Part shown: positions 1 to 13,688 of the stretch, piece by piece
How positions within the stretch are numbered: position 1 is the stretch's first letter
How the letters are laid out: the number at the start of each line of letters is the position of its first letter
Assembly: GCA_001662655.1 (NCBI GenBank)
Contig: KV460218.1
Length of the DNA stretch: 64,000 bases
Direction: 5' to 3' (one strand)
DNA from: Pseudogymnoascus verrucosus
Taxonomy: Eukaryota
Notes under the pieces: model-generated
Database searches by the model: none
What the model was told of the DNA's origin: nothing
Seen by the model: the letters and a program-made list of their open reading frames with translations, nothing else
Translations under genes and position numbers: made by a program

Positions 1-61
1 GGGCAACGGCGCAAGCCAGTCCCGAAGGGATGATGTGCGGTAGAAGTGGTGGAGGACATAC

Positions 62-82
62 GTTAACACCGGTGGAAGCCAT
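62..82 (-). CDS. Probable first coding exon (MASTGVN) of a gene running off the left edge
   Basis: Minus-strand ATG GCT TCC ACC GGT GTT AAC followed directly by a canonical GTATGT donor; divergent from the dynein IC gene. Product cannot be determined. Confidence 0.4.
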
Positions 83-583
83 TGGGAATGTCGACGTGTA
101 GTTTCGTTCGTTGGCGCAGGGACTGTGATAATATGCCAATTGGCTTCGGACCGCTTGTCAAAGTGGATATGGCGACGTGATCGCAATTGAACGGACAGCG
201 AGAGAGTGTTGCGCGGGATGGATAGCCTCTTGAAATAATTCGGGTGATGTTGCGAATTCGAATAAAGCTTGCTCCCGAGGATCCCTGACAGTTTTCACGT
301 GACTTTATTTTGGGACAAGCGGGTGCCCCATAGAGTAGAGCATCAACATGTTTCGCGGTCAACAAGGAAATATTCAGGGTCTTTAGTTCGGTCAAGTACA
401 TAACTTCAAACGCTCTTCCTACTTTATTTGTGAAGGGTTTATATGGGCGAATATTTTGACTGGAGTGCCTGAGTTTGTTTGTTTACTGCTCATATCGTGG
501 TCCAAATCTACGAAAAATACCAGGGGGTGTCTGCCAAAGGCCTCAAACGCGACTGAAGACGATGTTTGTCTGGCACCGACATC

Positions 584-2753
584 ATGCAACAACGAAGAGA
601 TGAAATTCTCGCGAAGAAGGCGAAGCTTGAAGAGCTGAAGAGACAGAGAGCCCTCAGGGCAAGAGAGGTCTCAGCAACGAGGCAGAGCATAGGGAGCCCT
701 GTAGATGTACGAACCCCTCGCTTTACACCATGTACATTTCTAACCTGCGCAGTTGATATCTCCGACGCCAGGGAGATCAGACAATCGCCGGGAACTCGAC
801 AACCTTATATCCAGCTTAGTTGGCGACAGCAGGCCAGGCTCAACAGGTCCAGGAGGTGCAGGGTCTCCGGCGCACAGAGGGAGCAGGCCGAACAGCGTCC
901 TGAGCGCAGGGGCATTAAGCAATGAGAATTCCGACATTGTGAGCCCGGCGGATGGTCCAGCAGCGCCACAGTCCCAAACACATACAATATCTACCCAGAC
1001 CCTCTCGACAGTCTCATTATCCACAGTCTACGAGTGTCCGCCATCGCCAGTCAAGGAAGTCTTCTCATACAGTAAAGGGGTCCAAACATCAGGGGACTGG
1101 GCGACAAGGGCAGACCAGGCGCGTCCATTCGCAGAGTCGGATAACGAGGATGGGCCATTACCCTCCACCCCCAACACCAAGAGACTGAGTAGGAGGGACA
1201 GGGATAGAGAGGAGGAGTTACGTCAAAATTTAAGGAAGGAGATTGAAGAGGAGCTCAAGGCTGCTAGAGATAGCATCTCGGATGGGCCACTGAAACCAGC
1301 GTCTCAAACTGGAGCCGCTGCGAACTTCCCGCTTCGAGAATTGTCAGATGAGGAGCTAGCCGCTATCAAAGAGTCGGACGACCTCCAAGACTTCCTCGAG
1401 AGATCGTGCAAGGTCATCGAGCGAGCCTTGGACCAAGAATATGATGTCCTGGCAGACTACGCACACAATAACAGCCTTGGCATGGATGATGAAGACGACG
1501 AGAATGACAATGTCGCTGGCAAAGGTCGGCGCAAGGTGAAGCAGGTAGCCCAGTTTTACGATGAGAGGTGGTCGAAGAAGAGGATGATTAGCTCTATCAA
1601 CTTCTCCCCCAAATTTCCAGAGCTTGTACTAGCTTCATATACGAAAAACCCTTCGGCGCCTCACGACCCAGACGGACTTGTTCAAGTATGGAATACCCAT
1701 CTCCACGACCGACCCGAGTTTGTGTTCCACGCGCAGTCAGATGTTCTCACAGCAAAATTCTCGCCATTCCACCCCAATCTTATCATTGGTGGTGCATATA
1801 GTGGGCAAGTCTTGCTATGGGATACACGAGCGAAATCTGCGCCTGTCCAAAAGACGCCCCTGACCGGTTCGGGCCATACCCATCCAGTATACTCAGTCGA
1901 CATTGTCGGCACCCAAAACGCCAACAACATCCTCTCCTGCTCCACCGACGGCGTAGTCTGCGGATGGTCCGTCGACATGTTCACGCAACCGCAAGAACTC
2001 CTGACCCTCACCACCCCACCACCCGCCAAGACCGAAGACCTAAGCCCAACCTGCATGGCATTCCCCCAAACGGACCCGACCTACTTCCTCGTCGGCTCCG
2101 AAGAAGGCACCATCTACCCCTGTCACCGCTACGACCGCGCCGGCTCCAAAGCCGGCGTCGACCAGCGCGTCAGCTACCGCGGCCACGCCGCCCCGGTCAT
2201 GTCCCTCAGCTTCCACCCCGCCCGTGGACCTATCGATCTGGGCGACCTCGTGCTCTCGAGCTCCCTCGACTGGAGCGTCAAGCTATGGCGCATGCGTGCC
2301 CCCGCCACGGCCACAACAGGTATCACAGGTGAGGCGCAGGTCGTGGCGCCGCTACTGGATATTGTGCGCGAAGACGTCGTCTACGACGCTGCATGGTCGC
2401 CGAGCAAGCCTGGTGTCTTCTCTCTCGTCGATGGCGCCGGCTTCGTGGAGGTATGGGATCTTAACGTCGATACTGAGGTGCCATGTGCGCGACTGCAGAC
2501 GAAGCCGCGGCTGGGTGCGAGGAGCCAGTTCAGCCGCAGTCTGAATCGCGTGGCGTGGGAGGAGACGGAGGGGAAGAGGCTTGCGACGGGTGGTATTGAT
2601 GGCGAGCTGACGGTGTTTGAGGTTGGGCCGGACTTGGGAGGGAAGGAGAGCTCGCGCAGTGAGGAGTGGACGAGTATGAAGAAATTGGTGGCGAAGCTGG
2701 AGGCGGCTGGGTTGGGGGGACAGGGGATGGGGATGGGTGGTGCGTTGTTGTGA
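584..2753 (+). CDS. nudI: Cytoplasmic dynein intermediate chain (WD40); join(584..706,753..2753)
   Basis: N-terminal MQQRRDEILAKKAKLEELKRQR coiled coil; intron GTACGA..CTAAC..CAG at 707-752; YSKGVQT light-chain motif; WD40 repeats (FSPKFPELVLASY, GHTHPVYS, SSSLDWSVKLW). Confidence 0.92.
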
Positions 2754-3523
2754 GGGGTTGTGTACGTGTACGTTTAGTTTGGCGTCGTATATACCCTCTA
2801 TATAATCCTACGTTGCTGAACCGAGATAACAGACACTGAATGTATGATGTTATAATACAGCAGTAACTGAGAAGACACGTTGTGTCGCCAGTAATTACCA
2901 TGATGGAAATGAGTTCATGTGACCGAAGTGTGGAATATAGGGGGTGGTGATGTTTGAGTTGATTGACGGAATTGGATAAAGAAAAGACATTTAAGCCAAT
3001 CATGTGGGGGGTAATAGATAGCTTTTAATGTTGTAAGCAAGGATTTGGCGGTGCAAGAGTGAATTTGTGAATTTGTGAATTTGTGTGACTGTGGTACGGT
3101 CGTACCTTCCTTCTCACATCTCAACATCGCTCTTTCCGTCAACCCCTTAAGATCGCAACTTCCCATTCCAGCAGTAACCACCCACGCTCTTTTGTCAACA
3201 AACAACTCTGCTCCTGCTTCTTCTTCTTGTTGATTCTTCTTCAACATCTTCTTTTCCAGGCATCTTACGTTTTTATTCGCAACTTTTGGGAGGACGGATA
3301 CAATTTATATTCTCAGTAAGTAAATTTCACTTCCACGCGATTTATATTGATCAGAATTCACCTCAACTCTCCTCTCCTCTCCAAACCTCACCTCACCTCA
3401 CTTCTTCGTTCTTTAACTCTCCTCTCCTACCCTCAATCAATCTGCCAGAACAGATCAAAACGCTCTCTACATTGCAGCAGCTAACCAACACAGCAAAACT
3501 CCAAAAACACTTTGATTATCAAG

Positions 3524-4340
3524 ATGTATTTCTCGCAGATCCTCGTTCTGGGCGCTGCCTTTGCCATGGCCAATGCCAAGGTCATGATCACCAATTCCGA
3601 CTACAGCGGAATTACCTTTGACCACCCATTCACGGTCACCTGGCAGGGTGCGACTGGCATGGTCAGCTTGCTTCTCAAGAATGGCGTGCCATCCAACCAA
3701 CTCTTGGTCGACACCATTGCTGGTAAGTTTCCTTTCTGAGCCCTTCATGGCCACAGAGTCCAACCCCACGAGTTAAAAGAATAGAAACTATGGAAATAGT
3801 TCAAGCTGACCTGCAACCAGATGGACTTTCCGGCAATTCATTCACCTGGTATCCCGAGGGAAATCTCGAAGAGGGAATCTATAACCTGGAGATCAAGGAT
3901 TCCAGCGGTGGCGTCAACTACAGCCCACAGTTCCGCATTGACCATGGCATCGACTACGATGATGGTGAGGGTGACGATGCCCAGCACCACAGTGTGGCCC
4001 CAGGACATTTCCTCCACAATGCCACTGAGTCTGTTGCCACCGCGACCACCGAGAATGTTAGCGCGGCCACTGAGCATGCTGGCGCGTCGTCCACCTTGGT
4101 TCCGGTGCACAATGCCACGGTGACCTCTTCCATCGGCGTGAACAACCACACCGGCGGCACACCGACCAACACAAGTATGTTCCCTAACAACGGTAATGAC
4201 GATCTCATACTGATTATGCTGCAGGCATCTCTCCACCAACGTCGAGCGTTCTCACGGCCAAGGCAGCCCGCCATGTGTCGCCGTTCAATGGGCTCGTGTT
4301 CAGCCTTCTCGGTGCACTTGCACTGGGCATTGCCAACTGA
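3524..4340 (+). CDS. Secreted GPI-anchored Ser/Thr-rich cell-wall protein, Kre9/KNH-like N-terminal domain; join(3524..3722,3821..4174,4225..4340)
   Basis: Signal peptide MYFSQILVLGAAFAMANA; FTVTW..SFTWYP..YNLEI..NYSPQF pattern; two canonical introns restore the frame; hydrophobic C-terminus GLVFSLLGALALGIAN. Confidence 0.8.
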
Positions 4341-6279
4341 TAGGACCATCTGCTCTCATCACTCTGCATCGTCGTCTCTTATTTCAGGCGTGGGCGCGGA
4401 CGTTTTCACGGATGGAGATTGTATAGGATCAGGTTTGGCGGAGGCTTATATTTGTATAGTTTCCGTTGCTGGTGTCATACTATGAGGTGATGAAGGTGGA
4501 AGGGGTTATTGTTTTTATTGTCTGTGAAGGTTTTAGCCCTTTACATTATTCTTTGTTTTTACTGTACCAGCAGAGATATGGGCGAGGGGGGATGATTAAT
4601 CGGAGAGGAATAGGGATAGGGAGTGAGGAATGAGAGCTGGATGTACAACTACTGGTTGGACTTCAGTATTTGGTTTTGTGACACTGGTGACTATGGTGAC
4701 TCTGACAGCCGTATGAACCCTCTGACAGCCCCACGAACTCTCTGGCAGCCACCGTATGACCTTTGGCATTTGTGACCGCGTAGTGATATCTGTGGTAACT
4801 CTGACACCGTATGAGGCTGATGATGACTGAAGAAGTAGAAGGACGAGGTTGTTTCTATCCCACCACGTCATGCGGCGTAGCAATGCAATGGGATGCGGCG
4901 TAGCACATGTATTATACGGCATCCGACGCATTGACGGCAGCCTGAATCCAAGGATGGTCTGGATGCCTCGACTGGACTCGATGCCGTCCCGTCCATATAC
5001 GATGGTTGGCTTGCATTATATTACGCCACCAGCACCGGGATTCGCGGCATTTCCCTGCTTTTTGCCTCGTTTACGCCATTTTGTGCATATTTCCGTACAT
5101 TTGTGCATTCAGCTGTGGCTGTGGCTGAGTTCTTTATATTGGATTTATATTGATTTCTTTCGAGTATAATTAGCCCCGCCACCATTTCTAGTTTTTTGTG
5201 TGTTCTCGTCCAATCCTGTTGCAGTATACCTGACAGCTTCGTCCCTGGATCCCTGGAATTGGTGGATTAGTCAGCAGGAATTCGATCAGCACGCACATCA
5301 CAACCTGACAACTTGGCACCCGCCCGCAGCAGTCACTGTCATGTCACTTTACCGCTCACTGGAACTCACTGTCGCTCATCGACGGCGACGAAGAATGAAG
5401 CCATACGAATGAACAGATCAAAGCAGATACCCAAATACTCAAATACTCAAATCATACTCAACAGGTAACGCGACAATCCCTCACGCGACACAACTACTGA
5501 CTAACGACGCGTAGAATGTCTATGGAAGAGAGACAAACCGTTTGAACTGCATGTGTGAGACCTACAGTAGTAGGCGGGAAGGTGGTACTGAAGATGTACA
5601 GCTAGTAGATCTAGAACCACCACAAGCACAGTACAGTTCCTGCCTTAGCAGCGTTCTTTCTACCCTCGGCGCGTCGGCGGACGATGGACTACGGATCCTC
5701 CGCCGCCGCCCTTTCCTTTCTGCGCCCGTTCCTCTTCTTGAGCGTCGCTATTGGGTCAATTGAGGCAATCGCGGCCATGGCGGCGTTGGAAATCCTTTAC
5801 ATGCAGTTAGACTCGGTTGGTTCCTGCACTGTCCCCTCCACAATCCCTCCACTAATCACTCCACTATTCCCCCACCCGTCATCTCAATCCATCACAGCCT
5901 AATTTCCCAATATACCCCAATCCAGAACATCGCCGCCACAACTTCCCATGGGCGCCGTAGAAAATGGGCGGAAATGGGGGACTATGGGACTATCGGACCA
6001 TGGGGCGGCATAATTCCCCATAAGACACGCACACCCCCTCTCCCTCTCCCCCCCCAAGCTGTCAAGCGTTGAAAGGAGATTGTCTTGAAGAGAGATTTGC
6101 AGCTTGTATCGTGCGCTTAACTGGATTCATTCGCTGTTGTTGTTATATTGCTTCTTTTACCCTTTATAATACTTACATCTTCTCACTGTCGCTCCATCCG
6201 TCAAAGCATTTACCAAAGAAACTACTCGCTCAAGCTCTTTCATCACCAACACAAAACCACAACACAAACACAAGTCACC

Positions 6280-7064
6280 ATGCGCTTCATCTCCGCTCTC
6301 CTGGCCGGCGCCCTCGCCGTCGTGGCCGCAGCCCAGACGACTGGCTCCCAGCCAAACCCCTTCACCAACACTGACTTCTCGGGTATTACTGCTGGAAGCC
6401 CAATCACCATCACCTGGACGCCAACCACTGAGGGCACCGTGACACTGGAGCTCGTCCACAGCGACACCGGCAACAGCGATGATCTGAAGCCTGTTGCTAC
6501 CATTCAAGGTGCGTTTAGTTTCCTTCTTCCCTCTCTCTATTTCCACCCTGCCGCGTCCACTTGCAGTTGCTTGCAGTCAAAGGATAATCACTATCGCGCT
6601 CAACTAACACCCACCCAGCCAGCATCTCCAACTCCGGCTCTTACACCTGGACCCCTGACTCCTCCATCGTCAACGGCAGCGGCTACGCACTCAAGATTGT
6701 CGACGACGCCAACCCAGACGAATATAACTACACCCTCCAATTCCCTATCAAGACCGACACCGAGTCCGCCGCCCCAACCTCCGCCTCCTCCACTGCGGCA
6801 CCAACCTCCACCGAGGAGTCATCCACCTCTACCACTGAGGAGTCCACCACCACTGAGGAGTCCACCTCCACCGAGACCACCTCCACCGACGCGAGCTCAA
6901 CCACCGACGCGAGCTCTACCGCCGACTCCACCACCACCTCGGCCCCAACCACCACCTCGCACACCGCTGCGACCTCCACCAGCCAGGGTGCTGCCGCGAC
7001 TGGCGGCGCCAAGGTCGGCGCTGGCCTCATGGGCTTCGTCGGTGCTGCTATGCTTCTGTTGTAG
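6280..7064 (+). CDS. Secreted GPI-anchored Ser/Thr-rich cell-wall protein, Kre9/KNH-like; join(6280..6508,6619..7064)
   Basis: Signal peptide MRFISALLAGALAVVAAA; ITITWTP..NSGSYTWTP..YALKI..YNYTLQF; S/T/E-rich stalk; GPI-like tail GAAATGGAKVGAGLMGFVGAAMLLL. Confidence 0.85.
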
Positions 7065-7632
7065 AGCGTGGATGCGTGATAGCCTTGATACCAAAAGTTC
7101 GGTAGAAGGGGGGGAGAGGAAGAGGAGGTTGTTTGTTGTATTTCATGGCGGCGGGTGGAGGAGGATTTAATGGGATGTGATGTGAGAAGGGGGTTTTATT
7201 TCGTGGATATAGTTTTGTGTGTCGCTATGCATGGCGGTGTATGTAGGCTTTGATTTATTCACAGCGGGAGTGGGAGCTTTAATTCGGGGGGAGGGAATAC
7301 AAAGATTTCACGTAATATGTTCCGCGTCTGTGTCTCGATTGTTGGTTGGCGGTGAGTCCCCAGTGTGTTGTCTGTCAATGTGAGCCATCCAATCTTTTGT
7401 CTGTCTGTCTGTTCAGTGTCTATCCTATTATATATATAATAGAGATTTTTGACGAGTGTCGTGTCGTTCGATGCGGGGTTCGTCTGATGTTTATGCGTGG
7501 GGAACCCAAGGCGACCTTATCGCGGTCCGAGCCGATCTCGTATTCGACGCACAGGCAGGTACGGTTTGTGATATGCATTGTCGATCTCGTATAAGTAAGT
7601 AAATAGAGTTTTCTTTTGCCTTCGTATTCCTT

Positions 7633-8644
7633 TCAACTACCGGGTTCGACAGCGATGGATGGGGTGGAAGGAGTAGTGCAGGCGGGGCAGGTGCAGGTGA
7701 AGTAGTAGTGCTCTTGGAGGAATGCTTGTCGGGCGGCGCGGGGCTGGGTGGTGTCTATGTGGGTTGTTAGTTTTGGTTTCACAGAGAATGGGAGTCTTGT
7801 CTGGGTGGAGGAAGTTGGGAGATGCGGGAGACTGGACTGACCAATATACGAGATGGTGACCTCCTCGCCCTCCTCGATATGCTTTAGTGCCGTGAGAACC
7901 GCACATCGCCCGTCGAACTCGAGAGACGCATTTGGCGCACAACTGTGGTTTGCCATCCCGAGCAGCGGATCAAAGCCGATCCCGATTTCGTCGCCGCCAG
8001 CATCCGTGATGCGGAAAGAATTCACATTCATCTGTTTTGCCGTCAGCCACCCACTCCTCACCACTTCTACCACCGCAACCGGTCAAACCCACCACGCAAA
8101 GTAGCTCCAGCGCATCCTCCAGCCTGCCCCTACTCATCTCCATGCCCGAATAATGCACCACAGCCTTCGCCTGCAGCTCAACCCCTTTCCCACCCCCCAA
8201 CTGTTTATCCCTCCACCCCACCATCCCCCTCACCCGGTCCCTCACCCCCTCCTCTCCAAACCGTGCCAACACATGCGCTGCCCCCCTCACAGGTGTAGGG
8301 AGTCTCTCCCCCTCTCCCCGCTCCTGAGTCACCCTCATAAATGTAGCACACTCCGCGTCATGCCTTCCCGCCATCCCCCGCCGCCGCGACACAATGTGCC
8401 CCTCCTTGCACCCCTCGCAGAAATGCGCTGCCTCGCAGAGACGGCATGGGAGGAGCAGCGGGGCGGGGAGGAGACAGTTCGAACAGTGTGTTTCGAGAGC
8501 TGAGTTCTGGAGGAGGGCCAGGAGGGGCTGTGAGAGCCTGAGTATCGGAGTTTGCGGAGAGAGGGGGACCGAGGCAAAGAGGCCGTTTTGGGTGGAGTTT
8601 GGGAGGGTGCGAGTGCGGGTTTTGTTGAGGTCTGGAGGAGGCAT
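7633..8644 (-). CDS. SET and MYND domain (SMYD-like) lysine methyltransferase, 2 introns
   Basis: NGLFA, CSNC..CRLC..FC..C..H..EC (MYND), ANHSCAPNA, GEEVTISYI, post-SET YYFTCTCPAC; introns at ~8032-8093 and ~7757-7842. Confidence 0.85.
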
Positions 8645-9442
8645 TGGGTGAATTAGGGTGTTGATAGTTGAATTTGCAAGTTATGGCTTCATATTTGTGT
8701 TTTCCGTCGTTTCAGCGTCTATATTCGTGTATCCGTGGTGCTGGTGTCTAGTTTGAGAGCTTGAAAGCTTGAATAGCGGGAGGGCGCATGAGGCGAGGCT
8801 GAAGCTATCGTGCGCCACATGCCGAGCTTGGGCCGCCTCCCCCAGACTTGATTGAACCGTCCACATATTGGGACCGTATCGTAAACAGCTATCAAGCCTA
8901 TTTTCGCCGCCTAAAAGCTCCGAAGAGAGGCTTTTCACAGCTGGAGATTTATACCTATAGTAAGAACTGCTAGAAATTATCCCTTTGGCTTAATTTTTTC
9001 GGTAGCTAGCTAACTGAATGTCTGAAAATAGGCCGAGTCAATTGGGGACAGTTCACTCCTGTCCCTCCCTCCCTTTCCCCTTATCGCTAGGGTCTCTTAG
9101 TGGTCTCAGCACCCGTATTTCGTATTCCTTACTTTACAGAAAAGAGAGATCGAGTACCACCGCAAATATCCCCCTGCGTGGCACGCTGCCAATTGAGATT
9201 TGGATCTTCATCTTCCTCTTTCCGAGGCACATATTCCCCTTACACAGGACACGGTTTTGTTCATTCTTTGCGGAGAGCAACTGCAAGCGTCCGCAAGGCT
9301 GCATAAGTTGGGGATCGCGCCACAATCTCTCAGGGTTCAACTAACTAATCCGGCGATTCTTCTGACGTACGAAACGAACCACCAGCCGCGGAACTAGACT
9401 GAACACTGCTGCCATTGCAAGACCAGTGAGACGCCATGCGCA

Positions 9443-12020
9443 ATGGCGCCCGACATCACCGGCTCCACGCAAGCCCGCCCGACTACATCTTCTGGGCGAT
9501 TCCCCTTCTCGAGGCGCAAAGTGAAGGCTGTGCCGCATGAAGAGACAGCACAGGATAGACCACCAACCGCAGCAACGACTACGGCGCCAGATGCAATTGT
9601 GAGCCCAGGAAACGATACCAGGGGTTTGCGGCTCCAACAGACCATATCCAGCAGCGGGACCGTGAGCAGGCCGGGGACAAACAGCGAAGGGAGTGGTTTG
9701 AGACTGACGGCACAACCGCAGGGGGAAGGGAATGCGCCGAGAGCACCAAGCATAGCACCAAGCGACGTCTCGTCAATAACAACAGGGAGCCGCTGGAGGA
9801 TACGAAGCAGGAACGGGGACAAAGGCAGCGAGAACATACCAAGGACACCCAGCTCGAGCGATGATGTGCCAACACTAAGCTCAAGCCCCGAGAGAGAATT
9901 TACACCGCTCACGACGAGCTTGCCGGACACACAACTGGATTTTATAAACCAAGTCAGCTTTTCGACCCGGGGCAGCGTGCTTCTTGGAGGGAGGAAAGCG
10001 GTTAATGCGAAGCCCATTTCCAAGCCGGCCTCAGAAAGAGTGCCCGCTGCGGTTGAGCCACGGAAGGCCGCACCAGAACTATCGAATACTGTGGTTGAGC
10101 AACCTAAGACTGCACCACAGCCACTGAGAACAGCGCCAGAACTACCAAAGGCTGTGCCCGAGCCATCGAATACGGTGATCGATCCACCGAATACCGCACC
10201 GGAGACATCTAATACTGTAATTGAGCCATCTAATACTATGGTTGAGCGACAAAAGTCTGTGCTGCAGCCACCAAACCCTGCGCCGGAGCCACCAAGGACC
10301 GCGCCAGAACCACTGCAGACAGCGCCAAACCTATCGAAGGTTTCACTGGAACCACCGAGGACTGCGCCGGAGCCATCACTACTTCCGGTGCTGCCAGAGG
10401 AGATCGCGAAAGAGAGTTTAAAGGTCAGGTCTATGTACGAGGAGGATGTGATAACGGATTGGAGAGATGGCAATCCGATAAACCCTCCCCTGCCGCTGGC
10501 CGAAGAAAACGAGGGGCCGAGCAATGATACTTTCAACGTGCAGCTACGGCCTAGACCACAGACTGCGGCGGCACCCAGTGCAAAGAGATACAGTGTTCTG
10601 AGGCGTGAACATGAGCTTGCTGGTGGCATTGAGGACTGGGAAGATATCAGCGGCGAGGACGTTGATCGATATGGATTCATCGTCAAGACCACGGAGACAC
10701 CAAATAGAAGCGGAACCCCCGAACCTCGAGCACCACAACGTGTATCGACATCCCTCCAGCTTGCCTCTCAAGCGCCTAGGAAGCAGCGAAGCTTCAGACT
10801 GCAATCTCCAGCCAAGAATACCGCGGCCAAGTCTCTTAGGACGCAAAACACCAGCGCATCTCAACGAAGCGTGTCACATCCCTTGAGGACCCTTACCAAC
10901 CGCCTGCCTGGCAATCAGGACAGACGCTGGATGGATGAAGCAGGCGATATGCTAACACTCCCCCACGGCCTCGCCGACATCACTGAAGTCGACGAAAGAA
11001 CCACAGCAGCTGAAGTAACCAAGAAGCGCGAATGGGCGCGCTCGGAGAAGTGGCGCCGGATGGCCAAACTTATCAACTCAGGCCCGGACGGCGAAGGCAT
11101 GGAATTCGAGTTTGACGTCGCCCATCCGAAGCTCATCGACCGGACATGGAAGGGAATCCCGGACGTGTGGCGCGCGACAGCCTGGCGCTGTTTCCTCAAC
11201 GCCAGCGCGAAGAAGGTGGAAGGTAGCCCGACCGAAGCGTCTCTAGTCGAAGCGTTTCAGCGGCTCGTGGGCGAGGGCAGCGCCGACGATGTGCAGATAG
11301 ACATGGATGTCCCGCGCACGATCAACAGTCATATCATGTTTCGGAAACGGTATCGTGGCGGGCAGCGTTTACTATTTCGCGTACTGCACTGCCTCGCGCT
11401 ATATTTTCCCGACACCGGATATGTGCAGGGAATGGCGAGTCTGGCGGCCACACTACTGTGCTATTATGACGAAGAAAAGACGTTTATCATGTGTGTCAGG
11501 TTGTGGACGTTGAGGGGACTTGACAAGCTGTATGCGCATGGATTTGCTGGGCTGATGTCTGCATTGGATGAGTTCCAGGTGGATTGGATGAGGGGACATG
11601 ACGTATCCCGTCAACTTGTAAGTTACCACCCCATCTTTCTGAGAAAGAAAATACTGATTTCGCTAGGACGAACTGGATATCGGCCCCACGGCGTACGGGA
11701 CACGCTGGTACCTCACGCTGTTCAACTACTCCATCCCCTTCGCATCACAGCTGCGCGTCTGGGACGTTTTCATGCTGCTCGGCGACTTGGATCCCTCAGT
11801 GCCAGCAACGCCCGAGCGGCCATTCCAGCATGGTCTGGATGTGCTGCATGCGTGTAGCTGTGCGTTGATCGATGGAACGCGGGAGATCCTGCTTGATTCG
11901 GACTTCGATAATGCAATGAAGGTGCTCACGAGCTGGGTGCCGATTAAGGATGAAGCGCTGTTCATGAAGGTCGCCAGGGCCGAGTGGAAGATACACCAAA
12001 GGAGGAGGAGAGCCCGATGA
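9443..12020 (+). CDS. Rab-GAP TBC-domain protein; join(9443..11617,11667..12020)
   Basis: KGIPDVWRATAW, IDMDVPRT (arginine finger), GYVQGM (glutamine finger); splicing gives TRWYLTLFNYSIPF..LRVWDVFML. Confidence 0.9.
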
Positions 12021-13688
12021 GCATCTGTCGAGATGTATGGAACTGTCAGTCTCTCGACGTGAAGCAAACTGGTGCCTGGCACCCTACTCTGTGGACTATA
12101 CCAACCCTCAATACCTACATTCCACGCCCTACAACAACTCTAACCCACCAAAATCTTCATAATCCATATCTCACCACAACCACCGCAATTACTGAGCTAC
12201 GACTACACAACATAATATCTCTCACCAAGCTTCCGATTGACGACAACTCTAATATCAGAGACACACAAAGATCTAATTTATACCCAAATCATACTAATCC
12301 ATCTAGATCTTTTTTCTTTTTTCTTTTTTCTTTGCTATTTGTATACCTGGACTATTAGGAGCGGGCTTGAATCCTGCAAGCGGGATGATGAAGCTATTGT
12401 GAGAGGAAGGGAGGATGCGCAGACAAAGGCGGCGGGATGGATGTAAAAATATCCAGATATCCTAGAGGCACCGCGGAAGGCGCGACCTATATGGTGGAGG
12501 CGCCAGTATGGAGCTTGTGGAGGAAAGGGCGACTCGCTGCTGTGGCCTCGAGGGGGAAGGAGCGAGTCACTAGCATGAAGTAATGGAAAGGAGGAAGGAG
12601 CGAATCAAGTAGGTAGTGTGGCTTCATAGGGAAGTTGCAATCAAATAAAAAAGTCTGCAGTACCAATGGATGAGATATAACCTCCCTGGCCATTGCCGCC
12701 GATGCCGCGTGTATATCCCGTGAACAGCGTCATCAGTCCCAAAAAATCGTGTTAGGAGTATTACGAAGTCAGTCACAAACAGAGTAGAAAGCCCGAGAAT
12801 CGAGTGTGAATTAGATGGTATTGATGCATATAAATCCAGGCATCCCAGCCCACCTATCTGTTCTCTTGTTTTTATGGAGCAGATGGATGCGTATCTAAGC
12901 CCCCGTCTTTGTTGTCTCGTTGTTCGAGACACACGCACCCAGTTTCTCGGTCTATAGTACATATGCCGCTCCTCCGAGCTCAAGGGCCCTATCCGTCGCG
13001 CAATGGCCGATGGAAACGGTGCGGACAATGTTGCTGCACCGTGCTTCGCAATAGCAAGCTATCCAAACTTCCCTCCTTCATCTCTCATGTGGCAGTGTCG
13101 CCCATCCTGGAACCGGTCCTATGAATTACAACACAAACGCACACGAAATAGAAAGGCCGAGGAAGAAAACGGGCGAGTTTCGATGCCGCCCTGCCTAATC
13201 TATTCGTTTCTGAATTTCCGAATAGAAGATGATGTGAAAATCGGAGCTGAGCTCAAGAAATGCGCAAGTGGCGGCGGCGGAGCAGTAAAAAGTGTGTGAT
13301 GATGAAGAAGAAAATGCCCCCTAAAGATGCGTTCCGTTTGAATGAAGTTGAAAAAAAAAAAGAATCGAAGTAAAAGTATGGTTGGCAGAAGAAGGGTTGG
13401 TATAATTCCATGACCCCTGGCTGAATGTCTCAGAACTGAACCCGGATATATCACACGGCCCGCAGTCTGAGACATCACAACTGTCGCGGTGCCAGCCGCA
13501 TTGTGGCAAAAGTTGCACCAGGATCAATTGATCGGCTGGTGTTCGAAGTAGTAAAAATGGTGGGTGTGTCATCCCCAATCTCTCCTCTGTCAGTCCCCCC
13601 AGTCGTCGAGCAGGGTTCATTTCCCTATCAACAGGACTAGGTCCTCTGTATTTTGCGCATTTTCATCGCGTCCAAGTAGGTACACCGC

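Noticed and set aside
6509..7170. Proline-rich C-terminus of the 340-aa ORF
   Set aside because: Intron read-through into the wrong frame; the spliced frame gives a Ser/Thr stalk with a GPI signal.
9394..10692. 432-aa minus-strand ORF
   Set aside because: Antisense shadow of the repetitive TBC gene N-terminus; no independent motif.
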